Assembly: GCA_039621445.1 (NCBI GenBank)
Contig: CP154954.1
Coordinates: forward strand, 36,689,703-36,753,702
Direction of reading: 5' to 3'
Length of the DNA stretch: 64,000 bases
Origin: Euglena gracilis
Lineage: Eukaryota
The stretch's first letter is position 1. Each line of letters opens with the position of its first letter. The translations under genes were made by a program, and so were the position numbers. The notes under the pieces are model-generated. The model did no database searches. It saw nothing but the letters and a program-made list of their open reading frames with translations, and was not told the origin of the DNA. This document shows, piece by piece, positions 60,558 through 64,000 of this stretch.

Positions 60558-63500
60558 CCTCAGCCCTCGCAGTGACCCCGACCACTCAGCGCCCCCCCCC
60601 CCCCCGCAGTGACCCTGGCCACAGCCCCAGGCCACCCTGGGCCCCCTTATCCTCCGCCATTCTGGGCCCCAGTCCCTATGGCCCCGGCACTCTGGGATTC
60701 CTGGCCACCTGCGACACACGATGGTGTGTGTCTGTTCTGGTTACATTTTTGCGTTGATTGCCCTCGGTACTTGTTTTTTGTCTTCTTTTGGGTTTGAGAA
60801 TGGGAGTCTGATGCTTTTTTTGCTCTCTTCGCACAGTGTGGGTTGCAGGTTACAGGCATCCCCCCCCTGTGTCCAACAAACCCCCGATGTCCACTAACCC
60901 CCCCCCCCCCGGATGAGTACGCCTTTTCAGAGGGTTGGCCGAAACTTTGGCATGGCACAAAGCACCCCAAGTGCCGAAAGGGGCGGGGCGGGGCACCCCA
61001 AGCCCCCGGGGGAGGGGGGCAGTTGGCAGTCCATTATTTCCAGTGTCCAGCAACACAGCTGGCTCGTGGACCCCCCAGGCGATGATGCAGGCAGGATGCA
61101 ACAAGAAAGGGTTGATGACCCCCTCCCCCGGTAGCCTGACCCCTGCCCCACGCTCCTAAGTTTTAAGAAGAAACGGATCAAATCAGGAAAATGGTGGAGA
61201 TTTCACCCACTCGGCCCAACCACTGGGTGTCATGGGAAGGCCGTTTTGGTGGATGGTGCCCCCAACCTGCCAAGGGTGGAGTCCAGCCCAAAGTTCAACG
61301 TCCCTCTGAACATTAAATCAAACAATCACTGGAAGCTGCTCAGGTCAAAGTGCCAGAAGTGGTATTCAGCACCAGGCCAAAACCGGAAAATTTTGCTGGG
61401 CCAGGGCCAAAACATGCTGGGGGTGTTGCTATGTTGTTTTTATGGCAAAGACAAATCTCCCGGGCATTTCCAACAGAAGCCGGGGGGCGGGGGCATATTT
61501 GGGGATTCAACGCTTGGTTACGCAGCTCATTTTTTTTTTGCCTTGCAGGCCTCAGCGGCCGCGGAGCAGCTCTGCAGTGGGACAGCTCCGCAGCGGGACA
61601 GCTCCGCAGCGGGACAGCTCCGCCCCCCACCATCTGCCAGGCCTCTTTTTCCCCCTCACCCGTGTTTTGGGACCACCGGATGGCACTCCCTCTCCCCCAG
61701 CGCTATTTCCCCGCCAACGGGGGAGGTTGGTGAGGGGCCCATCGGTCCATGGGCCACCCCATCAGCCTTCCCCCCTCCTGGGTGTTTTTTTTTTTTGAAG
61801 GGGACGGTGTGACGCTCAGCCGTGTGTGCGTGTGCCCGGGGGCAGGTTGGTGGGGGGCCCACAGGGATGTGGGCTGCCCATCCCCCTCCCCCCTGTCGCG
61901 GTGCCCCTTCCCCCCTCCATGTGCCGGGAGATGGAAAGGAGGCCGCCCCCGAGGCTGCCCCCCAGCTGCCCCCCCCCCCCCCCGCCACTAAGCGCGGCTG
62001 GGCCAGGGCCCTGGGCCTGGCATACCGGCAGACCGCGGCCAAGGGGTACGGGGGACCCCCTTGGCCTTCCGCCACAAGAAGGGCCGGTTGGGAGCGGGGC
62101 CGTAGGGGGGGGTGAGGGGGGCCGCCGTAGCCGGGATTCCCAACCGGCCCTTCGCTTGTCGCCTGACTGCCCCGCCTGGCGGGGGCTGTCACACAGGAGG
62201 GCCCCGGGGGGGAAGGGGTTGGGGGTTGGGCACGCGGGGGAGGAATGACAGCTCCCAGGATCGCCTCAGCCGCCACCCAACCGTCCCTCCCTCCCTCCCT
62301 CCTCGATTACAACAACATCGGCACCTTCACCAACACCATCTTTTTTATTTGCCGTGCCCGGGGTGTCATTTCGGGGTATCTGTTTGTGCAGGCAGGTGGA
62401 GCAAGAAGAATTGGGTTTGCAATGAGTTGAGTGGGGTGTTTTGAAGGGTTTTGTGAGGCACGGTGGTCATAGGGCCTGTTCATTGGTTTGAAAAAAAAAA
62501 CAATGTGAAGTCAATCTTGAGCTTGTGGGCAAATGACAGGGTATTTCTTTGGGAGTTTTGAATGACAATTTAGTGTTGCTTTGTTCCATGTGTTTTTCCC
62601 CATGGTGTTCCCCTCTCTTTGATCTGAGAGCCCTGGGCACCTCCCGTCATATGGTGGCAGGATTAAAAGGGCTATGGTGATGGGCCATTGGTTTTCATTT
62701 TTGTGCAATTATTCCATCAACCTTACGGCATCAAACGACATCCACTGCTGTGCTGTGAAAGGGGGGTGGGCAGGAGAAAGGGGGGGGTGGGTTTGGGAAA
62801 GAGGATGTTATGGTGCAATTCACCATGAACTCTTTGTATGTCCAGTGTGGTCAAGGTGACATTTTCATGGTTCACCTGTGAGCACCAAAATTTTTCATGG
62901 CTACCAGTGGTGACACCCAAAAGCACTTTGTGGCTCACAACCCTGATTTTGTGGGACAATTTTGTGCTTTTTCAAAATTTTTGTGGATGACATTGCAATT
63001 TGCCATTATTCAGCAGCAGCGGGAGTCGTTTGTGGCCATCATTTTTTTGGTTGCTTCTGTTGTTGACTCAGTTGTTATTTTATTTTACTTTCTTTGAATT
63101 ATTTGAAAATATATGTGGTATTTTTATATTCAGTTGATCATTATGATGACAGTTTTTTGATTCGATTGTTTGCCACAAGTTGTATTTTATGAAGATTGGT
63201 TGTTCAACATGCTTTGTAGCTAGCTGGCTCTCTTGGATTATTTTGGGCATATTGTCTGTTTGCTTTCATGAGAACTTTGGTCTTTGACATTTGCATTTTT
63301 CCATGTGGTGATTTTTTTCCCACTCCATTGGGTCGGCCTTTCACAACGTGGCCCTACCACAACCCAACACCTCCAAATCCAGTGCCCCGTGGCACTGCGC
63401 ACAAATCCATGGTTGGTTTGCAGCTCCCCTTCCCCTTTTTTTTGCCATCTTTGTGGAGTGACCCGCACGCTGGCACACGCATGCACACCCAGGTCGGGGT

Positions 63501-63652
63501 AGCAAACCATGGTAGTCATCGCATCGATCATGGTACTCGACACCTCTCTCTCTGTCCCTGTCTCCGTCTCTGTCTTGCGCCTTGTTCCCGCCTCACGCAG
63601 TCTGCGCTGCCCCCCACCCCCCATATGTCTTTGGCTTGCGGCGCACGACCAG

Positions 63653-63791
63653 GGGACACTGAAGACGCTGCGGCCGGCGGCGGCGGCGGTCTGCGCGGCG
63701 GGTGCGGGTGCGGGTGCGGGCAGCGCCCCCAGTCCCCGGCTACTCCCCAGCCCCCGCAACGCCAACGACCATTGGCCGGCCTGTCCGTCAG
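63653..63791 (+). CDS. Possible exon of a second gene (GTLKTLRPAAAAVCAAGAGAGAGSAPSPRLL...)
   Basis: GC3-rich stretch between cag acceptor and gtacct donor; no partner exon established. Confidence 0.3.
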
Positions 63792-64000
63792 GTACCTTGT
63801 GCATTGAACGCAAGGCCGCCTGGCATTACCCCACCCACAGGGAGCAGGCTTCTGCTCAAGGGTTCGCAGCCTCCGGGGGGATATTCAAGTTGCAATTTGC
63901 TTTTCGCATCATCCAAAGATTTGTGATTTTGCATTTTTTGCATATGGTTCATTTCTTGATACGTGCCCCCCCCCCCCCGGGCAATTGACGCCCCCGGGCA

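Noticed and set aside
61549-62340. Exon-like GC-rich stretches (16-bp gggacagctccgcagc repeats; LDYNNIGTFTNTIF)
   Set aside because: Could not be joined into a consistent spliced frame.

Overview
Eukaryotic, very repeat-dense nuclear DNA, most likely from a euglenid. This is inferred from euglenid-type non-GT-AG hairpin introns, TTAGGG-like repeats and a CRE/SLACS-type retroelement. Nearly all ORFs in the supplied track are artefacts of G/C homopolymer runs. By hand I reconstructed a + strand gene of at least 25 exons (18519-43788). It encodes a Pro/Ala/Leu-rich repeat N-terminus, hydrophobic helices and CxxC motifs, and resembles TMEM129-type E3 ligases; its 5' end and the 39.9-41.4 kb part are unresolved. 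It has 3 fully delimited GT-AG introns and 19 non-canonical introns that all follow one geometry: exon|N3-TIR(CAG/CAC/CGG)...TIR(CTG/GTG/CCG, one CTC)-N5|purine. N3+N5 = 8 nt, which is exactly one copy of the 8-bp target-site duplication (TSD) of the CA...TG MITE families in the window. The youngest introns still have 7/8 TSDs, the same families occur elsewhere with perfect TSDs, and one internally deleted element keeps a hAT transposase dimerisation motif. The window therefore looks like hAT-derived MITEs acting as precisely removable introns (introners). Also present: an exon+intron tandem array, a ~207-bp satellite in a 9.6-kb intron, a triplicated ~3.29-kb unit with a Pack-type element carrying AT-rich organelle-like DNA, many TA- and 3-bp-TSD MITEs, and a broken mitochondrial-carrier exon. 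All splice models come from sequence alone, without transcript data.
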